This document shows, piece after piece, positions 28,216 to 42,575 of a DNA stretch of 64,000 nucleotides. Below the pieces are notes generated by a model that was given only the letters and a program-made list of their open reading frames with translations, had not been told where the DNA came from and searched no databases. The stretch's first letter is position 1, and each line of letters starts with the position of its first letter. Source of the DNA: the human T2T-CHM13v2.0 reference genome, Homo sapiens. The position numbers and the translations under genes are program-made. The DNA is taken from assembly GCF_009914755.1 (NCBI RefSeq), contig NC_060928.1; one strand, written 5' to 3'.

Positions 28216-31200
28216 TTCTTGCTCTTACATATATTTTTAATACATTTCAAAATGAGTGCCGTCGGGATCTCTGCAGTATGAAGACTTAGAGCTTCAATGG
28301 CACACCGGAAAATGAACTGCACATGGAAATGATTTTGCCAGGTGGAGATTTAATAAATCTTTTCACAGATATTAGCCCCGTAAGTCCTGAATGTGCATTA
28401 AGTTTAATCATTTGTTTTAAATATGTCTCCACACGCACAGAGCTCTTTGACCTATATTGTTATCATCATTATTAATAAACTTCTAGTATTTGACATCATG
28501 CACTTGTTGCATAGTGATTTTCACATTTAGTGAGTAGGAAAAATCTTCCTGATGACCATTTTGTAATTCTCTTTCAAAATGTTTCCTTGGGATGCTGTTC
28601 AGATTGATTAAAAACCAATTTAGGGAAAAAAGGAGGCAAGCATCTTCAGTTCCTAAGCTAATTAGCAATACATAAAATCTCTATAATTGACATAACATTT
28701 CATAGTTGTATTTCCTTATGCATAAGATGATTATGTATGAGGCAGAGCCAAGGCAGGAAGGAACAGGGGCAGGCACAAAGGGAATGAGTAGGTGAGTAGG
28801 TGAGTGTGCACACATAGGACTGCGTGTATGCTTCTGACATCGTGCCAAGTCCAACTAAAAATGTGGTTGCTGTTGTTTATCATCACCACATCAATTCTTT
28901 CTTCTCCTTTGATCTGTTCTCAAACACAATTAAAACAACTATATATGAACACAGATAATACAAAGCAATTGAAATTCATTTTCCTGTGCTTCCTTTCCTG
29001 CACCTTTACTCCTGTCCCTCTGAGCATCAGTTAGACTCTTGCTGTATTTTGTTCCAAAGAAAATGACTTACTGATATATTAAGGCAATTAATGGTCTCAA
29101 GAAGTGATTAGAAACTTTATGGTGACTCCTTCTTCCATGTGGTGTGATAGTAGGTTAGCGAATGAGCAAAAAGTCATTGGGGAACTGTTTTTAGAATGGG
29201 TTGCTTCTTCCAAATTCATCTTAGGGACAATTCCTCCACTTAGGTGAAGGAGCAGTGAGGACCTAACCTCCAGGACTTTAGACTCATATTTTCACAGCCT
29301 TAGTCTTGCTATAGTGAATAATTTACATTTCAAAGCAATTGCATTTTTCTTTGAAATATCAGTTTGTGATTATTGTTCTCTTTCAATGTTCAATTCTAAA
29401 ATTATACAAGTTTCATTAGAAACGCGATGACAAGAGGTTTTTCACTTTGATTCATTGACAATTTTTGTAAACCAGGAGAAGTGTTACATTATCTTTTAAG
29501 CAATTTTTAGACTAAATGTGGTTAGGAATTTTAAGAAACAAAATTAAGAAAGAAATGATGAAAACAAAATGTATTACAAGTAATCATGCTGTGATCTAAA
29601 ATGTATATTTGAATAGGGATGCCATTCTGGGGTTGAGAAGTATAATATTTATAGTAACTTGAGGCCTACTTTTTACTATAATAACATGAATATCATTTAC
29701 TGAGTAAGCACCAGCTGTCCATGCCTCTCTGACTCCTGACCATCTATTTAAAAACTAGAAAAAGAAAAATAGAAAACATGTTATCAAATACCTCTAGCCA
29801 TTACATAGAACATGTGAAGCTTTCAGTGGTAATAAAAAAATATCCAACTTTCTTTAGAAAGATGATAAACAATTACAGAGAAGTCCCTGTTCTTCATCAC
29901 AATCAGGGGCCAATACCAATTTCTCACAGCACATGTGCAGCCCAAAGTCTAGGACGAACTCCATTCCTCCTCCTCTGTTCTGCCCTTCCCCTGCCTCCTG
30001 CCCCGACTTCAGAATGTTTTCCTGGTGCTCACTTTCTGTATATCTGCCTTTAGTCTGATTCTGGAAGATCCACCTCATTAGATGAGACACGATGATCTTC
30101 AATATTTAAGCATCTCTTATTTTTTCCCATAAAGAGATATTTAGAATTGAAATAATATAAACAAAAATATAGACTTCCTTAGATAAGTCAGTATTCGAAC
30201 AGCTGAAACACTGATATCAAATTGGTGTTAAATGATGGGTGGAGATGGAGAAAGATTATCCCCAGGTGGTTCTTTTGTTGGTCTCTAAGTATACCACCAA
30301 GCTTCCTCAGTTTTGTATCAGGGAAGTTAAGATGATAAGGTAACCCCATAATGTCAACATATATGGAAAAAAGTAATTCTTAATGTTTAAAATAGATAAA
30401 AACCCTTAAGAATTCTCTAATAACTGTCATAAAACCTAGCATTTTACTCCATTTGCCTTTTTGCCCATGGGTTCTTTATGATAATATGAAATTTACTTTC
30501 TGTTAAACCATTTTACCTGTGAACATAAAGAAATCATAATTGATCTTCTGGCTTTTTGAGAAAAGGTGAACACTGAAAAGAGATTGTGTTCCCTCCAACT
30601 TCAGAGAGGATATGCTATGGCTCTCAGCAGTCAAATGCAGCTGGCTGCCAGCAAAGGATTTCTGGTGAATGCTATTTATGCCTACTCAATTAAAGTAAAC
30701 ATATATTTATTGAGTGCTACTGTACATAAACCAGAAATGCTGCAGTAATATAGTAATGCAGTCACCACCCCACTACCCCCAAACACTCAAACTTTTCTTC
30801 TGTCAGAGCTCTGGGCCCAAGGAATCCATTTATAGACTGATGCTTTTCTGGTCCATGTTGAACATTTATAAAATAGCAACTACTCTTAAACCTGTACTGG
30901 ATATACTAGATAATATTCAATACCCCAAACAAAGGATCATTGGCCTCTAGAACTTAACTCCTAAAATGTAAGCTCGGGATAGCTCAGATGTTCTTACAGA
31001 AATAGACAGGATGGATATTTTTTACAATGGCTTTTTATGTTTAAAAATATCTTATAACACAATACTTCCACAATTTTGATGGTCTGTCTTTTTATTACAA
31101 AGAAATGACATTATCAACATTTCCTCTTGAGATGTCTTAAGTATGAATACCTATAATCAGATGCGAAAACAAAGCATCCATAAGCAATTAGTATGTGTTA

Positions 31201-32698
31201 ATTTATTCTACACTTACTGTGTGTTTGAAAAACGATGGATCAGGTTAAACGTTTTATTGGAAAATATTATCCACCTATTCCCTCCAAAATATGATGAAAG
31301 CTCATTGAACAAGTACCAAGACAGTAACTTTAGGTTCTAATTCTTGTTATTTTTTGTTGTTACATTCATGTCTAATATAAAATCCAGGAAGGTTTAGTCT
31401 ACTGTGTAAGCAATTTCATTGAGAATGCTAGACATATTTGTGTCAATGGGGACACATAATAAAATAATCAATATTTTCATAAGTCTAGAGATTTAACAAA
31501 TCTAATTTGTTCTAGTTATTAGCCCTTACACTCTTTTATTTTTAAAAGGGAATTGATAAATATGTCCCAATAAAACCTTATGCAACTATGTTTTATTGAT
31601 GCATATGCTAAAATATATAAAATATTTTTTAGAGTTCTAAATTGGCCTAAACTCATTAGTCCATTTGTTTTCCTTCTTTTAAATGGAATTGCCTTTTAGA
31701 TTTTACAACAATGACCTATAAGAGTAAACAATTTCAACGAAAAACTGGTTTCAATAAAAAGGTAAAAAACATTATCTTATCTTTCACAGGGGGCATCTGT
31801 GGCTGAATACACCATCATTGTGGGTGACATGGAAAAGATACATGAGACTCAAAGAAGGACTAGAAAAGGGAAATATAAATAATCCAGGTTACATTTTAAA
31901 AGAGGCATAACTTTATAATGAAGAAAAGTTTCCACTAAATAAGGACAAAAGCTGCTTTGATCAAATTCTATAAAATCATGGGATTAGCACTTAAGATTAT
32001 GAAGCCTAAAACCAAGGCCTTCCTGGCATTTAATTCCAGATCTGCTACCTATTAGAATTTAAAATTTGGGACCTGTTCTCTAAGAATCCTATCTTCAATC
32101 TCTAGAATGTTCTTGTTCAGCTTTTTCACTCCATCTGGGCAAATAGGACCAAGACTTCTCCCCTTCTCAATTATTAGACATGTATTTTCAACCTAAAATC
32201 CCCTCTCCAGTCATTTCTATCCAAACAAATTATACTGGATCCTCAAAATTTTACATCAGAATCACTTCCATGTGATCTTTTTGGAACAGATTTTTATGAC
32301 TCTAGTTCCTCTAAAAGTTTCTTTACTATAGAATAGCTGTAGTATAACTGTAGTTTATTCTTCATAAAGGTTGGCCATGCAGACAGACAGCATAAGAGAG
32401 AACAGGGGAGACCCCAATAAGCCCACTGTTCTCTGGCCTACATTGCCACCCTTCATTTCTAGGATACATCTATTTTTCAACAAAGTTGGAAAAGTAAAAA
32501 TAAATTATATCCAACATATTTATCGAACATCTATTTGAATGCTTGTTGTTCTTTCAGGTACTATGGTAGATTTTTTTTTTTTCAAAGATTTGTTTTGGTT
32601 TCTGCTCTTAAGGAGATATCTATTATTTGATATTTCATTCAAAACAAGAATCAGAATGTTAAAACCAAGATTGCTTCATACGCCTACTATACACTCTC

Positions 32699-32702
<4 letters not shown>

Positions 32703-32744
<42 letters not shown>
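32703..32744. repeat. (AC)21 microsatellite
   Basis: Read directly; uninterrupted. Confidence 0.98.
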
Positions 32745-32747
<3 letters not shown>

Positions 32748-35563
32748 TAATTGTTAACACAATAGTTCTCATCAGATTATGAAATATAATCATGTTTGAC
32801 AAACACACGTTTATGAATAATTTACTATAACTATTTCAGGCCCTCAAAGTAACACTCTTCTTACTGTGTTTTTGAGAGCACTCAGTCTGCTAATTATGTT
32901 GCATGGAAAAGTCCCCATCATATCTCCTATTATGGATTTTATGGTTCATTTTACTGACATATTTTTTCCTCTTTATTATCGAAGACTTAGCTGCTTTTCT
33001 TTCTCTAATACTTTACTACTAAGACAGGAAATCAAGTTGATAATGTCCTATGGATCATAACAACTTCATTTATTTGCACTAGCAAAAGATCTGTGGTAAC
33101 AGCAAGGGCCAACAGAGCACATGTCAGATGTGCTGACTGGTCCCAAGACAGCAGGCAACATGAAACAAAAAAGAGAAGTTCAAGACCTCACTGACGACAA
33201 CAAGCTGCAGCAACAGCTTCCCAGCTGAGTGACACCAAGCCCATAATGGAAACGTTACTCGTTTAGGTAGGCACACATGAAATATTAATTTCCTGGATTG
33301 TCTGCATTTGCATAGTAATATTAAGTTCATCTTCTTGGCATGTTATGGTCTCAATTAGCAATTCTATTGTCATACCTGAGATTTGGGGAAGGAAGGAAAA
33401 GAGTAGGCTGTAGACAATTTCCCTCTGGAAACAGCAACACTAATGGAGCTTATCACTCCCATCATTAATTTAATCAAAAACCTTAAGGCAGAGGGCTAAA
33501 GCAATCTGTTAAGAAAACATTTTCTAAACTGAGAATGCTTCCCATTTCAATTAGGGTCTTGCTCTTTTTTTCTCTTTGAGACATGTTTTTTTCTCTCTAT
33601 GCTCTCTTCCCCACCTCCCATACCCGCCACTGATTAGATTTGCAACCGGGGGCTGTATTTTTTTTTCCAAAGAATGTTTTCTTGCAAACTGACAATTCTG
33701 CAACAACATCCGTCGCCTCAACCTTCTTAACTGACTTGTTTTTTAAGACATCTCAATTAGTTCAGACCCACTGTGCAAAGATAAAGTCCTTGTATCTCAG
33801 TGAGAGAATGCTCTACAGAGAATGGAGTTTGCTTTACGGTGTGCATGTTAATACGCTATTCTCTTTAATTAGTTTGGCAAATATGGCTGCCAGTGGATAA
33901 TTCTGCTGCATTTATATGCGTATTTGCACACACATGTGTGGTTATATGTGTTTCCTCTTCCAGATGCAGAAAAAAACCAAACAAACCAAAACATGAATAC
34001 TATGAGGAAGGTCGCTGGGATTAGGCATAGCACATATAATACAAAAATATTAATAGCAGTCTACAATTTCAGAATTTTAAATTTGTTGATTTTTGAAAGC
34101 TCAGGAACAGCATTATTATTAAATATACATAAAGTGGTGATGGTCTCTGCTCAACAATGAGACGTTTTCCCACTACCCCAGGGAATACCTTTATTAATGC
34201 AGACAAATCCCTTGACAAGCCCCATTGCAACCATAACACTTACTATATGAGAGGATTGTATCTTTTGCTAGAGAGAATTTCCTGAGCCTAAAAATCATGT
34301 GAGTAGACTGACAGGAATTTCTCTCTGGGAATTGGAGGACACAAAACTGTATTTTGGACCTCTGTGGCATTAAAGACAACAGTGCTTTGGCCATGCTGCC
34401 CAGAAAGCACAGGGATTATCCACCTGTGTTCCCTGGCAGCTGAGCCCACTGGCTGTTTCTGTATGGCAGGAGAAAGTAAGTTGCCTGCTCTCAGCTCACC
34501 TTTCTCAATGCAGTTATACTTTAAAAATGTAAGTAACGCCATGGAATTACGAGGTCATGGAATTGTATGTGAGGGATTCTATCCATGGATCACTACAAGA
34601 TCTGAAAAAGCTGTCACAATAAAATACATTCAAAAAGACAGAAAAAGTTCCCATGGTATTCTTTACCATTCCAAATAAATACATTTTGAGATTTTTGTCT
34701 TTCAGTATTTAGAATGTTTGGAAATTGGGGAGATAAATCACACAGAAGACATTTAAAGAAGACTTAGAAGAAATGTCTTTTAAAATGAAGAGTACATTTC
34801 CAGAGGCATAAGTCATCTAAGGCTTTTTCTGTAAAAGGTGCAGACTCTATCTGTGCCCATTCCTGCACACATGACAGAAAAGTTCATGTACATGTCAGCA
34901 TTTCTATTGGTGTGATTAAGAGCCAGGCTATAGTAACACTGGGGTAAACGTTCTCGAACATCTTTTTAATCTTCTAAAGTTAAGGATACACACAAAAGGG
35001 AAACAAACATTTTAGTATAGTGATTATTGTTTCTAAAATGAATAGAAATATGCTTATGGCCCAATCTAGATGGTCTTAAGGTGGAAAACTATATAACAAA
35101 ATTGATCAGTTTCCACAAACTAAATTAAATATTATTAAACTCTAAATAAAAAGGTCAGCATTAATTCACATGTAAAAATGTGTCACCTTTTAAATGGGGG
35201 AAATTATAAAGGGTTCTATTTTTTCTCACTGATTCATGGAATTTTTAGTAAATCATATTGAATGTTGAAGACCCTGATGAGTGACTTCTGAAGGTACTAA
35301 GATAACATGAAAATAAAAAAATAAACCGGAATAACCTTTGACATCCCTCCCTACCCCCACCCCTCATTCCAAGTGTATGTGTGTGTGTACACACGGAAGC
35401 CAAAATTGAAATACCAAAATTACCATATATACGTGTCTGTGTATATATACACAGTGTATGAAGAGTAGGAAATACCGATTTCTCACATATTTCGGGTACT
35501 GGCTGACGGCTTCATATATATTGAAGTGCTCAATTCTCTCAGCAACATTGTAAGTACGGTTAA

Positions 35564-35944
<381 letters not shown>

Positions 35945-36420
35945 CAGATTTTTTATAGATGAGGAAACTGAGGCACAGGGAAGTCTAGAAACAGGAGGTG
36001 CTCCTAACTTAAATTCAAACCCAGACACTTTTACCCACCAAACTATTCTGTCTCTACCGGAAGGGAAAGGACCGGACTAGGCTTCAGGAAATTTGAGTCG
36101 GCTGTATTCTTGATCATTTTAAGTCTCTGGACTTACATTTTTTTTCATTTCAAAAATGTCTAAAGTTGAAATTAGGCATTTCAATGTTACTTGTCACTTT
36201 TCCACTCCAATCTGCAAAATGTTTCAAATTGTAAATTGCCTTTCCCCTCTAGAAGGTCAGTATTGAAAAGGCGTTTGAGATCACCAAATACAGGATCCCT
36301 TCCTACCATAGGAAATCTATTCTATATTATCTCAGATTTACAGTGATTTTCTACACAAATTCTTCTAATGAAGGAGACAGCCCATAGGCCATAAGACATT
36401 GTTAAAAGTATAATTGTTAG

Positions 36421-36730
<310 letters not shown>

Positions 36731-37137
36731 TTGTTAACTTTATTTACTCAGAAAGTCTAAATAATTGACTCACTTGTTTTTTTATATTCATTACTTTATA
36801 TACCTTTCTGAAAACATAAAGCGTATAATTTGAATACCCAAAGAAATTGATTAAAAATGATTTCTTAGTAGTTATTTAAATACATATATTTCAACTTTAA
36901 AAATTAAAGTTTGATCTAGAGATCTTTTAGTCAACATTATATTGTGCACATTTATTCATACCATTAAGTACTGTTAAATGTAATTTTAATAATTTCTTCA
37001 GCTTCATGTTTTAAATTTTTATTATAACTTCAAAGAGTTTTTTAATAATTCAGATATTCCTAATCATAACTAGCAGCACTTCCTTTTACATTTTTTCATT
37101 CGGTATCATCCATACCACCTCCAAAAGAAGTTAGAAA

Positions 37138-38931
37138 TAGGCATACTTGATTTTATTGCACTTTTCTTTATTGTATTTGCAGATATTGCATTTCTTACAA
37201 ATTGAAGGTTTCTGGCAACCCTGTGTCGGACAAGTTTATCTGTGCCATTTTTCCAATAGCATGTGCTCACTTCATATCTCTATGTCACATTTTGTTAATT
37301 CTTGCCGTATTTCAAAGTTTTCATTATAATTAAATCTGCCATGGTGATCTTTGATCAGTGATCTTTGAGGTTACTATTGTAATTGTTTTGATGTGCCATG
37401 AACCACACTCATATAAGACAGTAAAATCAATCAACCAATGTTATGTGTTTTCTGATTGCTTCAGCAATGAGCCATTCTCTCATCTCTCTCTCTCTTCAGG
37501 CCTTCCTATTCCCTAAGACACAACAATTTTGAAATTAAGCCAATTAATAACCCTATAATGACCTCTAAGTGTTCAAGTGAAAGGAAGATTTGCACATCTC
37601 TTACTTGAAATCAAAAGCTAGAAATAATTAAGCTAGGTGAGAAAGGCATGCCAAAATTCAAGAGAGGCTGAAAGCTAGGCCTCTTGTGCCAAACAGTTAA
37701 CTGAGTTGTGAATGCAAAAGAAAACTTCATGAAGCCAATTAAAAGTGCTACTCCAGTGAACACACGAATGAAAAGAAAGTGAAACAGCCTCATTGTTGAT
37801 ACACAGAACGTTTTAGTGGTCTGGATAGAAGATCAAACCAGTCATAACATTCTCTTAAGCAAAAGCCTAATCTAAAATAAGACCCTAACTCTCTCCAATT
37901 GTTGGAATGCTGAGAGAACTGAGGAAGCTAAGAACTTAGAAACTAGCAGACATTCGTTCATGAGGTTCACGGAAAGAAGTCATCTTCATAACTTAAAAGT
38001 GCAAGGTGAAACAGCAAGTGCTGATGTAGAAACTGTAGCAAGTTATCCAGAAGATCTAGCTAAGATTATTGATGAAGGTAGCAACACTAAACAACAGATT
38101 TTTAATGTAGACAAAATCGCCATATATTGGAAGAAGATGCCATGTAGGACTTTCATAGCTAGAGAGGAGAAGTGATCCTTATGAATGACTTTGAGGGGGT
38201 TCAAGACTTCAGTGGAGGAAGCAATTGCAGATGTGGTGGAACTAGCAAGAGAATTAGAATTAAAAGTGGAACATGAAGATGTGACTGAATTGCTGCAATC
38301 TCATGGTCAAACTTGAATGGATGAGGAGTTGCTTCTTATGGATGAGCAAGGAAAGTAGTTTCCAGTGGAATCTATTCCTGGTCAAGATGCTGTGAATATT
38401 GTTGAAATGACAACAAAGGATTTAGAATATGATATAAACTTAGTTGCTAAAGCAGCAGCAGAGTATGAGAGGATTGACTCCAATTTTGAAAGAAGTTCTA
38501 CTATGGGTAAAATACTATGAAACTGCATTGTATGCTATAGAGATATCGCCCATGAAAAGAAGAGTCAGTTGTTGCGGCAAACTTCACTGTTCTCTTATTT
38601 TTAAGAAATTGCCACAGTCAACCCAGTCTTCAACAACCTCCATCCTGATTAGTCAGCAGCCATCAACATCAAGGCAAGACCCTCAACAAGCAAAAATATG
38701 ATAACTTGCTAAAGAACATCTTTCTAGCAATAAAGTTTTTTTAAAAAATTAAGGTATGTACATTGTTTTTCGGATAGAATGCTACTGCACACATAATAGA
38801 CTCAGGATAGTGTAAACATTACTTTTATATGCACTGGGAAACCAAAAAATTCACGTGACTCACTTGATTGTAATATCTGCTTTATTGTGGTGGTCTGGAA
38901 CCAAACCCACAATATCTTTGAGGTATGTTCG
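37138..38931 (+). mobile_element. Tigger1 (TcMar-Tigger) DNA transposon with both ends and an internal deletion
   Basis: Termini (T)AGGCATAC... and ...GAGGTATGTTCG followed by TA. ORF 37960-38175 ([17 protein letters not shown]...QQIFNVD...[15 protein letters not shown]) is a Tigger1/TIGD1-type transposase remnant. Length is 1.79 kb versus ~2.4 kb for the full element. Confidence 0.95.
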
Positions 38932-40956
38932 TATTTGCTTCTATTTTCTTCTGCAGTTTTTATGGTTTCTTTATATTTTCCCACATCTGTCTCTTTAATC
39001 CATCTGTTATTTATTCTTATGTGTGGTTTGAAGAACTATAAATTTTCTGAAAACTCACAAATGATATTTTTCTATATAATAGGCCTTCAGCTATTTGAAA
39101 TTTGTATTCATGACTACCATTTCTCTTCCATCCAAATCGCTAGATTTTCTACTCTATGTTAACTATGATCAATTCCTTTAAAGGGCTTAGGGTTTTGTTT
39201 TTTTTTTTTCCAGAGTTTTCAGTCTCCTCTGTATATTCTCAAGCTTGCTAATTTTATCCAGGAGTGTGATGTTCATAACTGGACATAATTTTTAAAATGT
39301 GCAATCAGTGTCCATGCATCCTAGGGCAGAAAATTGTAATTCTATACATGTAACTATTACGAGATTAAATTGGGTTGCTGGCCACCACATCGTAATCTTG
39401 GCACATATTCAACTTGTACTTAACTAAAACCTCCCAGATCTTTTTCACATGAACTGCTACTGTCAAGCCCTATTTTCTGAAAATGCTGCCAATTAATCTG
39501 CAAGCCTTTCATCTACATAGCAGTATATATGCATTTGATACACATTTTGCCTTCAAATGGTGATTGCGTTTCTTATTTAAATAAGATTATGCAATTATCC
39601 AGAAACATGGAAAGGGGCTCAATGAATGCCTTTGATAGGAGTGATAATGTGGAGTGTACAGATGCTGGAGTCCCTGTTCAGTAATCCTTTCCCATAAACA
39701 GTTAGTTTCACTGCTGCACAGGACATGTGATGGCCATATAGTGAGCAATGCCTTCATTTAAAACACATACCTATGGAATGACAATAGGGATTTCACAGAA
39801 TCCCTTTAAGAATACCAAGAAACAAACTTAAAACTCCCCAGAATTAAAAAGGAGTTTCAGGCACCAAAAGAACTGAGCAGACTACTTTTTTGCAAAGTCC
39901 TTTGTGATCTTCTTAAGCCCATCTATTCAGAGTAAAGGTCAAGTGGGCAAACCCAGCAATTCTATTTTCCCACAAAGCTGCTACAGTTTTCTATCTCCTG
40001 ACAGCCCCGTCACTAGGAGTCTATTATCTACCATTCTGTTTCCAGCACCACCCAGATCCTTAACTGGAAACCCACTAAACAGCTCCTTTCTTTCATGGGC
40101 TGACTTTCAGCTTCTTGTAAGGCTTCATGTTGTACATCTAAAAGCTTTCTGCTCTTGCTCTGTTTGTTTAAGGAGGGCAACTTGAGAAAGCAGAACCCAC
40201 CATAAACAAGGCTTTCACTACTCAGTAGACCAAATGCAGGCAAATTTGCTAATCAAGGCCTCTTCTAGTTCATTAGGTAGCACTTTAAAACTAGCGTTTA
40301 GATGACATGTCTGAAACTGTCTTTAAAAACTATCTTAAGGATTTGATTTTTACTTGCTGGAGCATTTCAGATCTTCCCTTTAAATAATACTTAGTGATTC
40401 TTAAAAAAAAAAAAAAAAAAACAAACAAAAAAAACAAGCCAACAAATTGGAATTTTACCATCCAATCATACAGACCACAGATTGTGTCTGTACTATATTA
40501 AGTACACTTTTTCTTGCCCCAATAGCTGTTTACAGTGGTAGTTGTTTTCTTGCTCAGAACTTGATCCAGATCAAGAAATTAACTATAAGAAAATAAAATC
40601 TAGTTGTTTTAAGTTGACAGCTATTTGGCAATCAAAAACTCAAATCCTCCCACTTTCAAAGTTAAATGGAGAAAAAAAAGAAGAAAAAAAATTATTCTTC
40701 CTGGCAGGCTGTAAGCTTTCCATTTCGAGGTGTTTGTATACTGACACGAATCAGATCGGGGCCAAAGAAGCCTCATTCACAACAGTGGAGTCAACACATC
40801 CAATTTAAGCTCAAGTTAGCAATTTTCTTACATTTCTAACATATATTCTTGTCATTCCTGACTGGCAGTTATTGACACATAAGCACATATTGAAATACAC
40901 ACATATCCTTAACCAGGAAGAGAAAACAAGTAGGGGTAGCATTGAAAAACTCAGAG

Positions 40957-41460
40957 CAAATGAGCTATCAAGCCTTGTAAAGACATGGAGGAAACTTACA
41001 TGCATACCACTAAGTGAAAGAAGCCAATCTGAAAAGGCTACATACTGTATGATTCCAATTATATGTCATTCTAGAAAAGGCCAAACTATGGAGACAGTAA
41101 AAAGATTAGTGGTTGCTGGGGGTTAGTGGGGAGGGAGAGATGAACTGGTAGAAGACAGAGGATATTTAGGGCAAGGAAAATACTTTGTATGATACTATAA
41201 TGATGGATACATGTTGTTATACATTGGCCAAAACCCACAGAATGTACAACAGTAAGAGTGAACCCTAATGTAAACTGTGGACTCTGGTCGATAATGATGT
41301 GTCAATGTAGGTTCATCAACTGTAAGAAATGTACCACTCTGGTACAGGATGTTAATAATGAGGGAGGCTATGCATATGTGGGAGGGAGTGCCATCTGTGG
41401 GATAGCTCTGTACCTCTCTCTCAAATTTGCTGTGAACTTCAAAAAGTCTTTAAAATAATT
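40957..41460 (+). mobile_element. L1MC1/2-like 3' end
   Basis: CTAAGTGAAAGAAGCCAATCTGAAAAGGCTACATACTGTATGATTCC...GTGAACCCTAATGTAAACT...AAATGTACCACTCTGG. Confidence 0.88.
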
Positions 41461-42029
41461 TTCAGTCGGAAGGTTAACATGTATTCAAACATTAATTTGT
41501 GGAATAGGATGAGGATGATTATTTATTTAAGTGTCATGATTAAATGTACCCAAAATCAATGATAAAAATGCCTGGTTTACCTTCAATTACCTATTAGAAA
41601 AGAAATGCACTTCAAAATACACACCACAAAACACAAATGGTGGAATCTTCGACCATTTGTTTTCCTTTTAATCTTTGTCACATGACATTGTCTCACCACA
41701 GTTCTAGTGTTCTCTTCCTAATATTTATGGTTCAAAGTCAATGAAGTAAGCTGTTTGAATTATTAAGTACCAATTATCTTCAAATAAAATATATTCACAA
41801 AGCCATTCCTCTTGCATGTTACTTCATGACCTGTTTTTCTCTGTAGGGTCTCACCCTTGGAAGGTGCAGTGGAAATGAAAATTACATTGAAAGCAGCTTT
41901 CCTTTTATCATGATGATAGACCCAAGACTATATGCAGCCTAAGAACGTGAAAGAACCCATGAATGGTGGTGAGCTCCACAGCTTACAGAAGTCCTAGTGG
42001 TGTTTAGCAGGATGTTTTCCTAAATCTTG

Positions 42030-42380
42030 AACATGGCTTTGAGGAATTCACAGTCTGACCTCCACTCACTTCTTCAAGCTCATCTTTACATCCCACCTCC
42101 TTAGCCACTCACACATCATTCTTCATCCAGATTTATACACTTGTGGACCCTAAAAGTACCATTTTCTCTCTAGCCCCTATGTCTTTTTACTCAAGTAAAC
42201 CTGAGTTTAAAATGTCTTCACCCTCTCATACCCCATGCACTTCCAACTGCCTTTAGGTAACTCCCATGCGACCTTCAGCTCTCAGCTCGAATCTCAGTGC
42301 TACCATCTTTTAATTTAGGTTCCCTTCCTGTGCAGTTTCCTAGCACCCCTTATGCTCACCCCCATACCACTCTATAGTGA
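42030..42380 (+). mobile_element. L2 fragment
   Basis: Pyrimidine-rich sequence with L2-like motifs such as ACTCCCATGCGACCTTCAGCTCTCAGCTC. Confidence 0.5.
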
Positions 42381-42390
42381 TGGTAGAAAG

Positions 42391-42575
42391 CAGAGTTCAA
42401 AAATATGTCCAAGTACCACAGGTATCAGAATCATCTCGAAAGCCTGTTAAAACTCAGATTTCTAGGTTCCATCTTGGTCTTACTGAATTGAAATCTCTGG
42501 TAATGGGGCTGAGAGATGTGTACTTTAAATAATTTTCCCAGCTAATACCTATGTATTCTAACTTCAGAAACACTA
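42391..42575. mobile_element. MER5A/B-like hAT-Charlie MITE
   Basis: ATCAGAATCATCT...TGTTAAAACTCAGATT...TACTGAATTGAAATCTCTGG...GAAACACT, ~185 bp. Confidence 0.75.

Noticed and set aside
19736-28805. Short direct repeats (CACTGAAATATTT x2 at 19736/19759, CGGGTGGCTT x2 at 25456/25501, TACTGAATGC x2 near 27970, TGAGTAGG x2.5 near 28785)
   Set aside because: Ordinary micro-duplications with no further structure.
37960-38175. Transposase ORF as an active or domesticated gene
   Set aside because: Only a 71-aa fragment with surrounding stops and frameshifts, and the catalytic region is deleted.
41847-41968. Plus-strand exon-like segment (ctgtag|G...GTG|gtgagc)
   Set aside because: 122 nt, stops in the two frames I translated, only a moderate donor, and on the strand less likely to be transcribed. 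Probably a pseudo-exon.
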